A DNA stretch of 64,000 bases from an uncultured Actinomycetes bacterium (GTDB taxonomy: Bacteria; Actinomycetota; Actinomycetes; S36-B12; CAIYMF01). Positions 40,642-52,669 of the stretch are shown here, piece after piece. A program made the translations under genes and the position numbers. The stretch is taken from the NCBI GenBank assembly GCA_903918645.1, contig CAIXFH010000020.1:6294-70293 (forward strand). The letters run 5' to 3'. How positions within the stretch are numbered: the first letter of the stretch is position 1; the number at the start of each line of letters is the position of its first letter. The notes under the pieces were generated by a model. That model had not been told where the DNA came from. It did no database searches and worked only from the letters and a program-made list of their open reading frames with translations.

Positions 40642-42618
40642 CTAGATGTCGAGGAAACGGACGTCGCGCGCATTGCGCTGGATGAATGCCCGACGGCTTT
40701 CAACGTCCTCACCCATCAGGACGCTGAACATCTCATCGGCCAAGGCGGCGTCGTCGATGGTTACCTGCAAGAGCACACGACGGTCTGGGTCCATGGTGGT
40801 TTCCCAAAGTTCGTCAGCATTCATCTCACCAAGACCCTTGTAACGCTGGACGTTCTCTTCCTTGGACATCCTCTTGCCCGCCTCGATACCGGCAGCCATC
40901 AAGACGTCACGCTCGCGATCGGAATATGCGTACTCGGGTTCATCGCGACTCCATTTGATTTTGAACAATGGGGGCTGCGCGATGTAGACGTGACCTTGCT
41001 CGACCAAGGGCCGCATGAACCGGAACAAAAGGGTGAGCAACAGGGTTCGAATGTGCTGACCGTCGATGTCAGCGTCGGCCATCAGTACGACCTTGTTGTA
41101 ACGCAGCCGCTCGATGTCGAACTCGTCCTGGACCCCCGTGCCAAACGCCGAGATCAGAGCTTGCACCTCGGTGTTCTGCAACACCTTGTCGATACGCGCC
41201 TTCTCAACGTTGAGGATCTTGCCGCGAATCGGCAGGATCGCCTGGGTACGTGGGTCGCGACCGCTACGAGCCGAACCTCCCGCGGAGTCGCCCTCGACGA
41301 TGAAGACCTCACACTCGTCCGGATTTGTGGAGGAACAATCGATCAACTTTCCCGGCAGACCCGCACCACCCATGAGCCCCTTGCGATTGCGGGCTAGGTC
41401 GCGTGCCTTGCGGGCGGCGAATCGCGCGGCCGCAGCCTGCACGGACTTGCGCGCGATCTCCTTGCCCTCAGCAGGATTGGATTCGAACCAGGCACCGAGT
41501 TGTTCGTGCACCAACTTCTGCACAAAGGTCTTTGCCTCGGTGTTACCCAATTTCCCCTTGGTCTGCCCCTCGAACTGCGGCTCGCCCAACTTCACCGACA
41601 CGATCGCGGTGAGCCCCTCTCGGATGTCCTCACCGGAGAGGTTGACGTCCTTCTCTTTGAGGATGTTCCATTCACGCGCGAACTTGTTGACCAAAGTGGT
41701 CAGCGCGGACCGGAAACCTTCCTCATGGGTGCCACCCTCAGTGGTGTTGATCGTGTTGGCGAAGGTGTAAACAGATTCTGAGTAACCGTCGTTCCACTGC
41801 ATCGCAACCTCGGCTGAGATGCGCCGGGTGACATCCTCGGCTTCGACGTGAATCACATGCGGATGTGCCGCGCCCTTGGACGCATTGAGGTGCTTAACGA
41901 AGTCAGCAATTCCGCCTTCGTAGTGATAGGTCACTTCACGCACCGGCACGACGTCAGCATTGATTTCAAGATCGTCTTCGATCTCAGTAGCTACCTCAGG
42001 GGCTCGCTCATCGATCAACGTAAGAGTCAGACCCTTGTTGAGGAACGCCATCTCCTGAAATCTGCGCGACAACGTGCTGAAGTCAAAGATCGTTGTTTCG
42101 AAAATCTCGTCATCGGCCCAGAAGGTGACGGTTGTGCCGGTGTGATCGGTGACCTCGCCCATCTCCAGTGGTGCCATCGGAACTCCGCGCTCGTAAGACT
42201 GGCGATACACGCGCTCATTACGTCGAACCTCGACGTCGAGTTGGCTCGATAGCGCGTTGACCACCGACACGCCGACGCCATGCAGACCACCCGATACGGC
42301 GTAACCGCTGCCGCCGAATTTTCCGCCAGCGTGCAAGACCGTGAGGACGACCTCTACGGCTGGTTTGCCCTCAATGGGGTGGATATCAACTGGGATACCG
42401 CGACCGTTATCAATGACGCGCACGCCGCCATCGGCAAGGAGGCTCACCACGATGGTGTCGCAATGTCCGGCAAGGGCTTCATCGACGGAGTTATCAACCA
42501 CCTCGTAGACGAGGTGATGCAAGCCTCGTTCGCCGGTCGAGCCGATGTACATACCCGGGCGCTTGCGAACTGCGTCAAGGCCTTCGAGAACGGTGATGGC
42601 GCTCGCGTCATAGGACAC
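40642..42618 (-). CDS. gyrB: DNA gyrase subunit B
   Basis: [33 protein letters not shown] and RYKGLGEM. Start is GTG 42618 or further upstream. Confidence 0.99.
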   Translation of the reverse strand: MSYDASAITVLEGLDAVRKRPGMYIGSTGERGLHHLVYEVVDNSVDEALAGHCDTIVVSLLADGGVRVIDNGRGIPVDIHPIEGKPAVEVVLTVLHAGGKFGGSGYAVSGGLHGVGVSVVNALSSQLDVEVRRNERVYRQSYERGVPMAPLEMGEVTDHTGTTVTFWADDEIFETTIFDFSTLSRRFQEMAFLNKGLTLTLIDERAPEVATEIEDDLEINADVVPVREVTYHYEGGIADFVKHLNASKGAAHPHVIHVEAEDVTRRISAEVAMQWNDGYSESVYTFANTINTTEGGTHEEGFRSALTTLVNKFAREWNILKEKDVNLSGEDIREGLTAIVSVKLGEPQFEGQTKGKLGNTEAKTFVQKLVHEQLGAWFESNPAEGKEIARKSVQAAAARFAARKARDLARNRKGLMGGAGLPGKLIDCSSTNPDECEVFIVEGDSAGGSARSGRDPRTQAILPIRGKILNVEKARIDKVLQNTEVQALISAFGTGVQDEFDIERLRYNKVVLMADADIDGQHIRTLLLTLLFRFMRPLVEQGHVYIAQPPLFKIKWSRDEPEYAYSDRERDVLMAAGIEAGKRMSKEENVQRYKGLGEMNADELWETTMDPDRRVLLQVTIDDAALADEMFSVLMGEDVESRRAFIQRNARDVRFLDI

Positions 42619-42921
42619 GGGTGGCTGACCCTCCTGCTGGTAATCCCCAGCGGAGCGCGGCGCAAATTCCATCGCAGTACTGCGGGGGAACGCGCTCAAT
42701 ACTCCACTGGCCGGAACATGCCGCGCCGGTTGCGCGGAAGGGTCCGGAGAACTGCCCCGATTCTAGCCGCAGAAAGCCGTCAGCGGTGCACATCAGGGGG
42801 TCGTGACAGGGGATATGTCGAGGGGGGTTTCGAGCGTGTGGACGCCGTTCTAGTCGTTTGGCCTGGGTCCGCGTCGATTTCGAGCCCAGCCTCGCGTTCG
42901 TCCACAGCGCCAAAACATGCC

Positions 42922-43473
42922 TTAGCCGTAGGTATCGCGTGGGCCCCGACCTCGAACTGTGAACGTGCCGTGCTTCCAAGAGGGCGCAGCCGGGCCCAAA
43001 ATACTGATATCTCTGACGGTCCCGACGCCAAGTTCGGCGTCGATTCGTGCCCGAATTTGAGGCAGAAGCATCCGAAGTGAGGTGGCCCACGAGGTCGAGT
43101 CAGCGCGAAGCACAAGTCGTAGACCAGAGCCGTCAGCTGCTGGCTCGAAGGTTTCGGGCACAACGTGCTCAGCCAACTCGGGGCCGACTATCTCGGCCCA
43201 GCGGCCGGTGAGACCTCCCACCGCGGTTGGTCGCTCCCAGCCGCGCTCAGCCATGAGCCGGGCAACCGCCGATCCGAGCAAGGCCGGATCTCTGGCATCA
43301 GGTCCAGAACCACTTGCCTGGCTCGCCATCGGAGCTCTACGAACTGGCCGTTGAGCTGGTGCTTGCCGCGCCGCAGCTCGAGCCTGGGCCAAAGCGTGCT
43401 TGGCGGCATCGATTCCGGTGAGCTCGCGGCCATGGTCTGGTGTTGGCTCAAGCCCATCATCGTCATCAGGCAC
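42922..43473 (-). CDS. dciA: DUF721/DciA-family protein
   Basis: [27 protein letters not shown] and [16 protein letters not shown]. Confidence 0.9.
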   Translation of the reverse strand: MPDDDDGLEPTPDHGRELTGIDAAKHALAQARAAARQAPAQRPVRRAPMASQASGSGPDARDPALLGSAVARLMAERGWERPTAVGGLTGRWAEIVGPELAEHVVPETFEPAADGSGLRLVLRADSTSWATSLRMLLPQIRARIDAELGVGTVRDISILGPAAPSWKHGTFTVRGRGPRDTYG

Positions 43474-44611
43474 TTCGGCTCACCTGCCCAAGTGAAACTT
43501 CGATGCGGTCTCCAGTGAGCAGAACCGGGACGTCAGCCTCAACCGCTGCGGTGATGAGAACCTGCTCAGCGCTCACAACGAGGCCGGCCAGCCGCTCGCG
43601 CCGCGCAACGTCTAGCTCGGCAAATACGTCATCGAGGATCAGGATTGGTTCGCCACCGGTTGTCCCATCGGTACGAAGCAATTCGTAGGACGCCAATCGC
43701 AGGGCAAGGGCAAACGACCACGACTCCCCATGAGAGGCGTAGCCCTTCGCCGGAGCAGCACCCAAGGTGAGTACTAGGTCATCGCGATGTGGGCCTACGA
43801 GTGAAACACCCCGCTCGAGTTCTTCACGCCGGCGCGACTCGATAGTGGTCAGTAACGCGACGGTGAGTTCGATCTGGTCATGTAGGAGATGAGCCTGTGG
43901 TCCGACGGATGACTGGTAAGCGACCGATGCAGGTCCGCCGCCAGAACTCACGGTGTCGTAAGCCTGGGATATCAGCGGTTGAAGTTCGCGAACCAAGCCA
44001 AGCCGGGCCGCCAGAAGTTCGCCCCCAACATTGGCCAAGTGCGTGTCCCACACCTCGAGGGTGCGTAGCACCTCACTCGACGAGCCACCACCTCGACGGG
44101 TTGCTGCGGCCGTTTTGAGTAATGCATTGCGCTGCTTGAGCACTCGGTCATAGTCAGCGCGAATTCCTGACATCCGCGGAGTGCGGGTTACGAGAAGATC
44201 ATCGAGAAACCGGCGCCGCTCACTGGGATCGCCTTTGACCAGCGCTAAGTCTTCAGGCGCGAACAGCACGGTTCGTACGAGACCTAAAATCTCACGTGGT
44301 CGAGGGACTGGCGCCTTGTTGACGCGAGCACGATTAGCTCGCCCTGGATTGATCTCAATCTCGACGAGAGCATCACGGTCATCGCGCACCACCTGAGCAC
44401 GAATAATTGCGCGCTCAGCACCCATCCGCACAAGTGGTGCATCAGTGGCTACGCGATGGCTGTCGAGTAAAGCTAAGTATCCGAGCGCCTCGACGAGATT
44501 GGTCTTGCCCTGCCCGTTGGGGCCAACGAACACGGTGACACCGGCATGCAGTTCAAGATCGACCTGGGCGTAGCAACGGAAGTCGGTCAGCGATAGCGCG
44601 CGAACATGCAC
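43466..44611 (-). CDS. recF: DNA replication/repair protein RecF
   Basis: [27 protein letters not shown] and [10 protein letters not shown]. Confidence 0.98.
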   Translation of the reverse strand: MHVRALSLTDFRCYAQVDLELHAGVTVFVGPNGQGKTNLVEALGYLALLDSHRVATDAPLVRMGAERAIIRAQVVRDDRDALVEIEINPGRANRARVNKAPVPRPREILGLVRTVLFAPEDLALVKGDPSERRRFLDDLLVTRTPRMSGIRADYDRVLKQRNALLKTAAATRRGGGSSSEVLRTLEVWDTHLANVGGELLAARLGLVRELQPLISQAYDTVSSGGGPASVAYQSSVGPQAHLLHDQIELTVALLTTIESRRREELERGVSLVGPHRDDLVLTLGAAPAKGYASHGESWSFALALRLASYELLRTDGTTGGEPILILDDVFAELDVARRERLAGLVVSAEQVLITAAVEADVPVLLTGDRIEVSLGQVSRSA

Positions 44612-44633
44612 AACAGCAGCCGGAGTTACCTGA

Positions 44634-45749
44634 TCAGCCCGAAAGCCGAACAGGCATCAGTAGGTAGCGGTAAGCGGCAATGCCCTCGGTGCTGCCACCC
44701 GTGAGTACCGCGGGTCGAGTCGATGCGGTGAACGAGAGTCGAGTAGAAACATCGTCGAGGGCGGTCAGACCGTCGAGAAGGTAGGCCGGGTTGAAGGCGA
44801 TTTCAATGGCATCGCCGTCGAGCACACATTCGACAGCTTCGGTAGCGGTTGCTTCATCTCCGGTACCTGCGCGCAACTCAACTTCGCCCGCTGTGAAAGC
44901 AAGACGAACCGGTGTATTGCGCTCTGCCACAAGGGATACGCGCTTTACAGCATCAATAAGCGCTGAGGTGTCGACCATGGCTGTAATGGACGATTCGTTA
45001 GGCAGTAGTGCGCGGTATTTGGGGAATTCACCATCAAGAAGACGGGTTGTGGTGCGTCGACCTGCACCCTCAAAACCCATCAGACCATCGCCGCCAGAAG
45101 CCAGTGCTAGGTGCACGACATCGCATCCAGCCAGCGCTTTGGCTGTGTCAGCCAAGGTGCGGGCAGGAACCAAGGCGTTTGTGTCTAGCCCACTGATCTC
45201 TGGATTCCAGGCGAACTCGCGCACCGCGAGCCGATAGCGATCCGTGGCGGCAAGGGTGATGGTGCCGTCAGAGATTTCGACTCTGATTCCCGTAAGTGTG
45301 GGCAATGTGTCGTCGCGGCCTGCTGCAATTGCAACCTGGGCAACTGCAGCAGCGAAGGTTGCGCCCTCGATCGTGCCTGAGGATCCAGGCATGTCGGGCA
45401 ATGTTGGATAGTCATCAACCGGCAGCGTCGGTAGCGCGAACGAAGATCGTCCGCAGCGAACCTCGACACGACTGCCCTCGAGTGTGACGGTCACTGGCGC
45501 GGCCGGTAGGGCGCGAGCGATGTCGGCGAGTAGCCGACCCGAGACCAACACTCGGCCCTGTTCTTCGACGTCAGCTGTAATCGCAACTCGGCCAGAAACT
45601 TCATAGTCAAAACTCGACAGGGTCACACCATCGGCGCCGGCGTCGACGAGTAGACCAGCGAGCATCGGCATTGAAGGTCGGCTCGGCAAGGTACGCGCTG
45701 CCCAGGCGACAGCGTCAGCTAGAACATCTCGTTCGATTCGAAACTTCAC
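44634..45749 (-). CDS. dnaN: DNA polymerase III beta clamp
   Basis: MKFRIERD start, [16 protein letters not shown] and YLLMPVR. Confidence 0.98.
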   Translation of the reverse strand: MKFRIERDVLADAVAWAARTLPSRPSMPMLAGLLVDAGADGVTLSSFDYEVSGRVAITADVEEQGRVLVSGRLLADIARALPAAPVTVTLEGSRVEVRCGRSSFALPTLPVDDYPTLPDMPGSSGTIEGATFAAAVAQVAIAAGRDDTLPTLTGIRVEISDGTITLAATDRYRLAVREFAWNPEISGLDTNALVPARTLADTAKALAGCDVVHLALASGGDGLMGFEGAGRRTTTRLLDGEFPKYRALLPNESSITAMVDTSALIDAVKRVSLVAERNTPVRLAFTAGEVELRAGTGDEATATEAVECVLDGDAIEIAFNPAYLLDGLTALDDVSTRLSFTASTRPAVLTGGSTEGIAAYRYLLMPVRLSG

Positions 45750-46272
45750 GATCGGGATCTCCTGTCGGACGATGCAGTGTCAGATGCTGACACGCCGAGG
45801 GTGGTCATGGTTCCACGGACTGGTTTCGAGCGGATAGACGGGCTCGATATGACCCAATGCCGTGGATTGAACAAGGGCCGACTACTACGAGTGAGAATGG
45901 GTTGTCCCCAACTACGCGAGCGTTGATGGTTCGAAATGAATCCTGAATCTATCTCTGTAGTTGTAGTCATAGGGGTTGTGGACCATGTGGATAACCTGCA
46001 TTTGCCCAGGTGGGTCCGCGTGGCGCCGTCCCCTCCTGGTTGGGTGTAAAGCTGTGGACAAGTGTGCACATGTGTGGAGAACAGCGCCATGAGTGGGTTG
46101 TTCGGCTGGATATCCCCACCCGGACGGCGGATCGGGTGTTGGTCGTCCCCAGGTCGTCCCCAATTGTGAGTTGGCTCGACGGATGTGGTTTTCCACAGAA
46201 TCATCCCCAGGCTGTGAACCTGCTTTTGGGTCCGCGAATGATCAATAACCACCCTGGGTGACGAAGTGAACA
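45750..46272. other. Replication origin oriC
   Basis: The dnaA-dnaN spacer holds about 10 DnaA boxes or variants (e.g. 45977, 45986 perfect, 46053, 46073, 46143, 46154, 46189, 46201). DnaA-trio-like TAG TTG TAG TCA TAG at 45958-45972 and an AT-richer tract at 45931-45957. Confidence 0.95.
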
Positions 46273-47727
46273 TCAGGCTGACTGCCGAGCCGTGGTCTTG
46301 ATTCGGGCAGTGAGATCGGTTACCTGGTTGTAGAGCGAGCGCCGTTCGGCCATCAGTTGGCGAATCTTGCGATCCGCATGCATCACCGTGGTGTGGTCGC
46401 GGCCGCCAAACGCCTGACCGATCTTGGGTAGTGACAGGTCGGTGAGCTCGCGACACAGGTACATCGCGATTTGGCGGGCCGTAACCAAAACTCGGGAGCG
46501 TGATGCGCCGCACAGATCATCAACCGAGATTCCGAAGTAGGAAGCGGTCTGCATCATGATGATCGACGAGGTTATCTCGGGCCCGGCCTGGTCGGTGATT
46601 AGATCTTTGAGCACAACTTCAGCCAGCGGTAGATCGACCGATTGCCGGTTCAGGCTCGCGAACGCGGTGACGCGGATCAATGCTCCCTCGAGCTCGCGAA
46701 TGTTGGTGGAGATCTTGGAAGCAATGAACTCGAGAACCTCCGGAGGTGCGCTCAACCGCTCTTGAGCGGACTTTTTGCGCAAGATCGCGATTCGAGTCTC
46801 GAGGTCGGGGGGTTGAACGTCGGTGATCAGGCCCCATTCGAACCGCGAGCGCATGCGGTCTTCGAAGTCCTGAAGCTGCTTGGGGGGCATGTCGCTTGTG
46901 ACGACGATCTGCTTGTTGGCGTTGTGCAACGTGTTGAACGTGTGGAAGAACTCTTCCTGCGTTTGTACTTTTCCGGACAGGAACTGGATGTCATCAACCA
47001 GTAGGACATCAACATCTCGGTAGCGCCGTTGAAACGCAGCGGCTTTATCATCACGAATCGAGTTGATGAATTCGTTGGTGAACTCTTCGGAACTTACGTA
47101 GCGAACGCGAGCGCCGGCGTACAAGGTGCGGGTGTAGTGGCCAATGGCGTGGAGCAGGTGGGTTTTACCCAACCCTGATTCACCATAAATGAACAGTGGG
47201 TTGTACGCCTTTGCTGGCTGTTCGGCCACCGCCACCGCCGCGGCATGGGCGAACCGGTTACTCGAGCCGATGACGAAAGTGTCGAAAGTGTATTTGGGGT
47301 TGAGACGGCTATTTTCCTCGCCTCGTGTGCCGGGTGACCCGGTGCCAGGTCGCACGGTCTCGGTTGTCCGGGTCTGGGTGAAGGTCTGCCGATCGATATT
47401 GCTCACTGCTTCGGCGTATGTGGAATCAGCGAGATCGTCGGTGGCGTCATCGTCCAAGGACGGTGCAATAGCGGGATCGATCGTGACCGCTATTCGAATA
47501 TCCCGACCGATTGTGCGCGAAAGCGCCTCCACGACCAAGGGGCGGAGTTTGGACTCCAGCACGTCCTTGGTGAATTCGTTGGGTGCAGCGATAAGGGCGG
47601 TGTCCTCAACCAATGCAAGAGGTCGAGTCAGTGAGACAAATGCGCGCTGCTGAGCTGTCATTCCCTCATCGCCGAGTGAATTGAGCGCTCGCGTCCATAA
47701 CTCAGCAAGATCGAGTTCGTCTGCCAT
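46273..47727 (-). CDS. dnaA: Chromosomal replication initiator DnaA
   Basis: [38 protein letters not shown] and GRDHTTV. ATG 47727 follows a GAGGGG RBS. Confidence 0.99.
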   Translation of the reverse strand: MADELDLAELWTRALNSLGDEGMTAQQRAFVSLTRPLALVEDTALIAAPNEFTKDVLESKLRPLVVEALSRTIGRDIRIAVTIDPAIAPSLDDDATDDLADSTYAEAVSNIDRQTFTQTRTTETVRPGTGSPGTRGEENSRLNPKYTFDTFVIGSSNRFAHAAAVAVAEQPAKAYNPLFIYGESGLGKTHLLHAIGHYTRTLYAGARVRYVSSEEFTNEFINSIRDDKAAAFQRRYRDVDVLLVDDIQFLSGKVQTQEEFFHTFNTLHNANKQIVVTSDMPPKQLQDFEDRMRSRFEWGLITDVQPPDLETRIAILRKKSAQERLSAPPEVLEFIASKISTNIRELEGALIRVTAFASLNRQSVDLPLAEVVLKDLITDQAGPEITSSIIMMQTASYFGISVDDLCGASRSRVLVTARQIAMYLCRELTDLSLPKIGQAFGGRDHTTVMHADRKIRQLMAERRSLYNQVTDLTARIKTTARQSA

Positions 47728-47892
47728 GCGGTCTATCCCCTCGTGAAGAAATTCTGAAGTCCACATCACCATCCACAGGCGTGGAGGCGGTGATCGTGCT
47801 GGCTTGTGGTGTGTCTTTCCCGCGTGAAGCGAGGCGTTCTCGTGGGCGTGAGTCCAGACCGTAGTCCTGATAGCACCTCCGCCGTCAAGGGG

Positions 47893-47901
47893 TTGTCCAC
47901 A
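47893..47901 (+). promoter_or_regulatory. DnaA box in the dnaA promoter region (autoregulation)
   Basis: TTGTCCACA. Confidence 0.8.
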
Positions 47902-48293
47902 GGTAACTCTCCGGGAGTGTGTCATGACCCTTCGAATTCGTCTGCGTGTCGTAGCAACCTAAGCGGTCTGAAGTGCGGCAGGGTGTCAAGTTTTGCGCCG
48001 AAGAAGTGGGGCAGAATGCGCAAGCCGAGTCCCGCGGTTTGACCCTTGCTAGCGATGACCCGTACCTTGGACTGCCGAGGGTGTGAAGTTTGTGACGTAT
48101 CGGTCGTTGCCGTGTGTCCGCGCTCGTCCAGAGCGTTGGCCTTCGGTGGTGCGTTTCCTCGGGTAGATCCTGAGGGGGCAGCCGCACGTTGACCCGCACC
48201 CGTTGCGGTAGTAAGAGTTTCGGGGCCGGCACATGCCGGTCCATCACAGTCTGGTCGGGTTCGCCCGGCCCCACGACGGTTCGGAGCCGATCG

Positions 48294-48431
48294 ATGAGCA
48301 AGCGCACCTATCAGCCGAATAATCGCCGGCGCGCCAAGACCCACGGGTTCAGGTTGCGGATGCGCACGCGCGCGGGCCGTGGGATCCTGGCGGCTCGTCG
48401 CCGCAAGGGTCGCACCGAGCTCTCCGCCTGA
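48294..48431 (+). CDS. rpmH: 50S ribosomal protein L34
   Basis: [23 protein letters not shown]. Confidence 0.98.
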   Translation: MSKRTYQPNNRRRAKTHGFRLRMRTRAGRGILAARRRKGRTELSA

Positions 48432-48447
48432 CGTCGTCCGGTTAAGC

Positions 48448-48855
48448 GTGCTGCCCAGCAGTGCGCGACTACGCCGTAGTCGGGATTTCAGTGAGACTGT
48501 GCGTCGGGGAGAGCGGGCTGGTCGGCCCACCCTGGTCGTACATCTCACTGGAGACGACGAGGACGGCAGGTCGCCACACCACACCAGCCAGGCGCCTTCT
48601 GCGCGGGCCGGTTTTGTGGTGAGCAGGGCAGTGGGCGGCTCGGTTGAGCGTCATGCCGTCGTGCGCCGTCTGCGTCATGTGGTGCGCTCCCGGCTCGAGG
48701 CTCTGCCAGCCGGAACCACGTTGGTTATACGGGCGCTGCCCAGTGCGGCTCAGGCGTCGTCGGACACACTGGCCAGGGACCTTGATTCGGCCCTGAAGCG
48801 AATAATGCACAAGCGGGAACATTCACTAGCTATGTCCGTGAAAGCGGAATCATAA
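48448..48855 (+). CDS. rnpA: RNase P protein component
   Basis: [32 protein letters not shown] (RNR-like motif) and VIRALP. Confidence 0.93.
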   Translation: MLPSSARLRRSRDFSETVRRGERAGRPTLVVHLTGDDEDGRSPHHTSQAPSARAGFVVSRAVGGSVERHAVVRRLRHVVRSRLEALPAGTTLVIRALPSAAQASSDTLARDLDSALKRIMHKREHSLAMSVKAES

Positions 48856-49223
48856 TGGCGAAATTGATCTCATCTGAGGAATCAAGTGTCCAGCGCAGTT
48901 GGGCTGCGCGCATGTTTATCCGGGTCGCTATTGCCCCTGTTCGGTTCTATCAACTCGCAGTGAGTCCGTTACTGGGGCCGCGTTGTCGGTTCTACCCTTC
49001 GTGTTCTGCGTATGCAGTTCGCGCCGTGCAGGTGCACGGGGTGGCGAAGGGGACAGCGCTTGCTTCGGGACGGTTGCTGCGTTGTCATCCGTGGCACCCA
49101 GGCGGCGTCGACCATGTACCCGTGCAGGGATCGTGGCGTTCGGAACCGTACGTGCGTGACATTGACCAGGCTGTATCGCGTCCTGCTGACCAAAGATCCA
49201 CTAGTGACCGGAGCGTCGCGTGA
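48855..49223 (+). CDS. yidD: Membrane protein insertion efficiency factor YidD
   Basis: [16 protein letters not shown] and [14 protein letters not shown]. Confidence 0.95.
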   Translation: MAKLISSEESSVQRSWAARMFIRVAIAPVRFYQLAVSPLLGPRCRFYPSCSAYAVRAVQVHGVAKGTALASGRLLRCHPWHPGGVDHVPVQGSWRSEPYVRDIDQAVSRPADQRSTSDRSVA

Positions 49224-50131
49224 GTTTTAACCCCCTCGCCTGGCTCGAGACCATCGTTTCGTGGATCTTGGTTCAGTTCCACAACATCACGAGTGTCGTC
49301 TTTGGTGCGAGCTCGGGGTGGTCGTGGATCTGGGCAATTGTTGGGCTGGTGATCGTGATCCGCATCGCGCTGATTCCGCTCTTCGTCCGACAGATCAAGA
49401 GCCAGCGCAACCTGCAGATCCTGCAGCCCCAGATCAAGGACATCCAGAAGAAGCACGCGGGTGATCGGGAGCGACAGAGCCAGGAAATGATGGCGCTGTA
49501 CAAGGAAACGGGCACGAACCCCCTTGCCAGTTGCCTGCCCATCGTGGCGCAAGCTCCTATCTTCTACGCGCTGTTTCGGGTCCTTCAGGGGATCGCTATG
49601 GGCGTCCCTTACGGGGTTCTCACGAGTGATCAGGTAGCGCAAGCTCACGATGCAAGTATTTTCGGTGTGCCGATTTACGCAGTGTTCATGCACGCGGACG
49701 AAACACCGAACCCGCTGTCCACCCGCGTTTTGACCATGATCCTGATCATCTTGATGACGATCACGACCTTCACCACTCAGCGACAGTTGATCGTGAAGAA
49801 CACGGCCAAGGACAACCCGATCGCTCAGCAGCAGAAGATCTTGCTGTACGTGTTCCCACTATTCTTCGCGGTCACTGGCATCAACTTCCCAGTTGGCGTG
49901 TTGGTCTACTGGCTGACCACCAACCTGTGGTCGATGGGCCAGCAGTTCTACGTCATTCGCAATAATCCGCAACCCGGTACGCCAGCCTTCGTTGCTTGGG
50001 AGGACCGTAAAGCGGCGAAGGCCAGACGAAAGTCGGGCGTTGCAGAGCCGGAACCTGATCAGCCAACGATCGCCCCTGCCACTCCCCGGCAACAGCCCAA
50101 GAAGCAATCCCGTAGTAAGCGCAAGCCATAA
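49220..50131 (+). CDS. yidC: Membrane protein insertase YidC
   Basis: [23 protein letters not shown] and [13 protein letters not shown]. Confidence 0.96.
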   Translation: MSFNPLAWLETIVSWILVQFHNITSVVFGASSGWSWIWAIVGLVIVIRIALIPLFVRQIKSQRNLQILQPQIKDIQKKHAGDRERQSQEMMALYKETGTNPLASCLPIVAQAPIFYALFRVLQGIAMGVPYGVLTSDQVAQAHDASIFGVPIYAVFMHADETPNPLSTRVLTMILIILMTITTFTTQRQLIVKNTAKDNPIAQQQKILLYVFPLFFAVTGINFPVGVLVYWLTTNLWSMGQQFYVIRNNPQPGTPAFVAWEDRKAAKARRKSGVAEPEPDQPTIAPATPRQQPKKQSRSKRKP

Positions 50132-50141
50132 GCCTCGGCGG

Positions 50142-50157
50142 TGTTTCCCGTGAAACA
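50142..50157. promoter_or_regulatory. parS site
   Basis: TGTTTCCCGTGAAACA, one mismatch to the consensus TGTTTCACGTGAAACA. Confidence 0.9.
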
Positions 50158-50218
50158 TCCGCCGCCATGAGTGGGCAATACAGCAATTCTGCCCCGACCC
50201 TCGTTGTGGAGATTGACT

Positions 50219-50740
50219 ATGACCGAGACACCTCTCGACCCGATCGTCGAAGAACCCCAGGTTTCCCGTGAAACAGGGGGGATGAACCACCTCGAGCGCG
50301 AGGGTGATGTCGCAGCCGATTACCTTGAGGGGCTGCTGGACATCGCAGATCTCGATGGCGACATCGACATGGACGTTGAGGGTGACCGAGCGCTGGTGAG
50401 CATTGTCGGTGGTGACATCGAAAGCTTGGTCGGTGACCGTGGCCAGGTGCTTGATGCACTCCAGGAACTTACTCGGCTCGCTGTTACCCGCGAGACGGGT
50501 GAGCGTTCACGGTTGATGCTCGATGTTGCGGGCTTCCGCGCAGCACGCCGGAGCGCGCTTACTGCGCTTGGCACAGAGGCCTCTGCCCGGGCACGAAGCA
50601 CGAATGAGCCCGTTCGACTGGAGCCGATGAGCCCATTCGAGCGCAAGGTTGTCCATGACGCAGTCGCCGCGGCTGGGCTCACCAGCGAGTCTGAAGGCGT
50701 GGAGCCGCGTCGCTTCGTCGTCGTCTTGCCGACTGCGTGA
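50219..50740 (+). CDS. jag: Jag/KhpB (KH plus R3H) RNA-binding protein
   Basis: EGDVAADYLEGLLDIADLDGD and the R3H motif PMSPFERKVVHD. Confidence 0.95.
   Translation: MTETPLDPIVEEPQVSRETGGMNHLEREGDVAADYLEGLLDIADLDGDIDMDVEGDRALVSIVGGDIESLVGDRGQVLDALQELTRLAVTRETGERSRLMLDVAGFRAARRSALTALGTEASARARSTNEPVRLEPMSPFERKVVHDAVAAAGLTSESEGVEPRRFVVVLPTA
50260..50275. promoter_or_regulatory. parS site inside jag (encodes VSRET)
   Basis: GGTTTCCCGTGAAACA. Confidence 0.88.
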
Positions 50741-50759
50741 GCGAGCAGTCATAGTCACG

Positions 50760-51452
50760 ATGGTTGCCACACCACCCACCGAAGAGGAGCGCCAGCACGC
50801 CACGGAAGTGGCCGTGCGGGAGTTGCTCTTGGGACGTTACCCGCACGCTGATGGCGGTTTGAGCGTGTATGCCGAGCAGCTCGCCGGTGATGGCGTTCTT
50901 CGTGGCTTACTAGGGCCGCGCGAAGCCCAGCGGCTCTGGAGTCGGCACATCGCGAACTGCGCTGTACTCGAAGAGCTTATTCCGCATGGAGCTCAGCTTG
51001 TCGATATCGGTTCGGGCGCCGGGTTACCGGGCATTCCGCTCGCCCTGGTACGGCCGGACTTGCGTATTTCGCTGGTCGAGCCCCTGCTAAGGCGGGCCAC
51101 TTTTCTAGCGGACGTCGTGTCGGCCTTAGATCTGGCCGATCGGGTGAGCGTGGTGAGGGGCCGGGCGGAGGAGCAGGAGAGTCTGCAGGCTGACGTGGTA
51201 ACCGCGCGCGCCGTCGCGCCGATGGAACGACTTGCAGGTTGGACCCTGCCGCTGGTGCGCCGGGGCGGGATTCTGCTCGCGGTTAAGGGTGACGCAGCGG
51301 CGGCTGAGTTAAGTGAAGCCGGTTCGGTGCTCGAGCGTCTGGGGGGTGGGGAGGCGGTGGTAGTGACTTGTGGTGTTGGGATCGTCGATCCGCCGACCAC
51401 AGTAATCCGAGTCGTGCGCGTGCACACCGGCCGCCGGCCGAGCGCACGATGA
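50760..51452 (+). CDS. rsmG: 16S rRNA m7G527 methyltransferase RsmG/GidB
   Basis: GLLGPRE..RLWSRH, DIGSGAGLPG, VEPLLRR and VTARAVA. Confidence 0.95.
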   Translation: MVATPPTEEERQHATEVAVRELLLGRYPHADGGLSVYAEQLAGDGVLRGLLGPREAQRLWSRHIANCAVLEELIPHGAQLVDIGSGAGLPGIPLALVRPDLRISLVEPLLRRATFLADVVSALDLADRVSVVRGRAEEQESLQADVVTARAVAPMERLAGWTLPLVRRGGILLAVKGDAAAAELSEAGSVLERLGGGEAVVVTCGVGIVDPPTTVIRVVRVHTGRRPSAR

Positions 51453-51712
51453 CCGGGCAACAGGCACCGGACGCCACTGCACCGGACGGCACTGCACCGG
51501 ACGGCACTGCACCGGACGGCACTGCACCGGACGCCACTGCCGTCGCTGGATTGGGTTGGCCACTTGAGCCTGCGACCAGCGTCAAACTTGGTGTGGTCGG
51601 GCAGTTATCGGGTCTGGGCTGGCCAGCAGGGACTCCGAGCGGGCAGAGTACGCTCCACACCCCGCCGAAGTTGATCACCGCAAGCCCATCCAGCGCAGAG
51701 GAGCCATCATGA
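51449..51712 (+). CDS. Hypothetical 87-aa low-complexity protein between rsmG and parA
   Basis: ATG overlaps the rsmG TGA and its TGA overlaps the parA ATG. Contains (APDG/AT)5 and two GLGWP motifs. Confidence 0.45.
   Translation: MTGQQAPDATAPDGTAPDGTAPDGTAPDATAVAGLGWPLEPATSVKLGVVGQLSGLGWPAGTPSGQSTLHTPPKLITASPSSAEEPS
51464..51538 (+). repeat. 15-bp tandem repeat, 5 copies (GCACCGGACGSCACT)
   Basis: Units start at 51464, 51479, 51494, 51509 and 51524. Confidence 0.95.
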
Positions 51713-52620
51713 TGCACGATGACACCCCGCTGGCCCGGGCCGCTGAAGCCGCGGTCCAGATCCAACAGCGACGAGTTGGCGCCCTACCGGCCCCTGCGCG
51801 TACCAGGGTGATGACGGTAGCCAACCAAAAAGGTGGTGTGGGCAAGACCACCACCACGGTCAATATCGCTGCAGCCCTTTCCCTTCAAGGACTTTCGGTC
51901 TTAGTGATTGACCTTGACCCGCAAGGCAATGCGTCAACGGCTTTTGCAGTTGAGCACCATGCTGATGTGCCGAGCATCTACGACGTACTCATCGAAGGCC
52001 GTCCGATGGCCGAGGTTGTAGTGCCGGTTCCCGGCCTGGAAGGTCTTTGGTGTGCCCCCGCTACCCTGGACCTTGCCGGTGCAGAAATCGAACTGGTGTC
52101 CGTTGTAGCGCGAGAGTATCGGCTTCGCAAAGCTGTGAGTGTGTACCTCGTTGAGCATGAACGGGCTCATGGTCGCCTTGATTACGTGCTCATCGACTGC
52201 CCGCCCAGTCTTGGCCTGCTCACGTTGAACGCTCTCGTGTGCGCTGATGAGGTGTTTATCCCGATCCAATGTGAGTACTACGCCCTAGAGGGCCTCGGGC
52301 AACTTCTGCGCACGGTCACTTTGGTCACCGAAGATCTCAATCCCACGCTTCATCTTTCGACCATTTTGCTGACGATGTACGACGCGCGAACCAGGCTTGC
52401 CGCACAGGTTGCGGAGGAGGTACGTCGACACTTCGGACCTCGCGTCCTGCCGACCGCGATACCGCGCTCTGTGCGCGTCTCCGAGGCACCCTCATACGGG
52501 CAGACCGTGATCACCTACGACCCGGGTAGTTCGGGCGCGCTGTCTTATCTTGAGGCTGCCCGCGAGCTCGCCTATCAGCCCCCAGTGGCTGAGGCTTTCT
52601 CGGCTGCTCAGCCCAACTGA
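51709..52620 (+). CDS. parA: Chromosome partitioning ATPase ParA
   Basis: ANQKGGVGKTTT, DLDPQGNAST, DCPPSLGLL and IPRSVRVSEAPSYG. Confidence 0.97.
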   Translation: MMHDDTPLARAAEAAVQIQQRRVGALPAPARTRVMTVANQKGGVGKTTTTVNIAAALSLQGLSVLVIDLDPQGNASTAFAVEHHADVPSIYDVLIEGRPMAEVVVPVPGLEGLWCAPATLDLAGAEIELVSVVAREYRLRKAVSVYLVEHERAHGRLDYVLIDCPPSLGLLTLNALVCADEVFIPIQCEYYALEGLGQLLRTVTLVTEDLNPTLHLSTILLTMYDARTRLAAQVAEEVRRHFGPRVLPTAIPRSVRVSEAPSYGQTVITYDPGSSGALSYLEAARELAYQPPVAEAFSAAQPN

Positions 52621-52669
52621 TGTCTTACCTATCCAGCCTTCTCACATCGAGCCACAGGAGCGTAAGCGC

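Noticed and set aside
45746-46513. 255-aa ORF across the dnaA-dnaN spacer
   Set aside because: The region is oriC, densely packed with DnaA boxes, and the ORF has no protein-like features.
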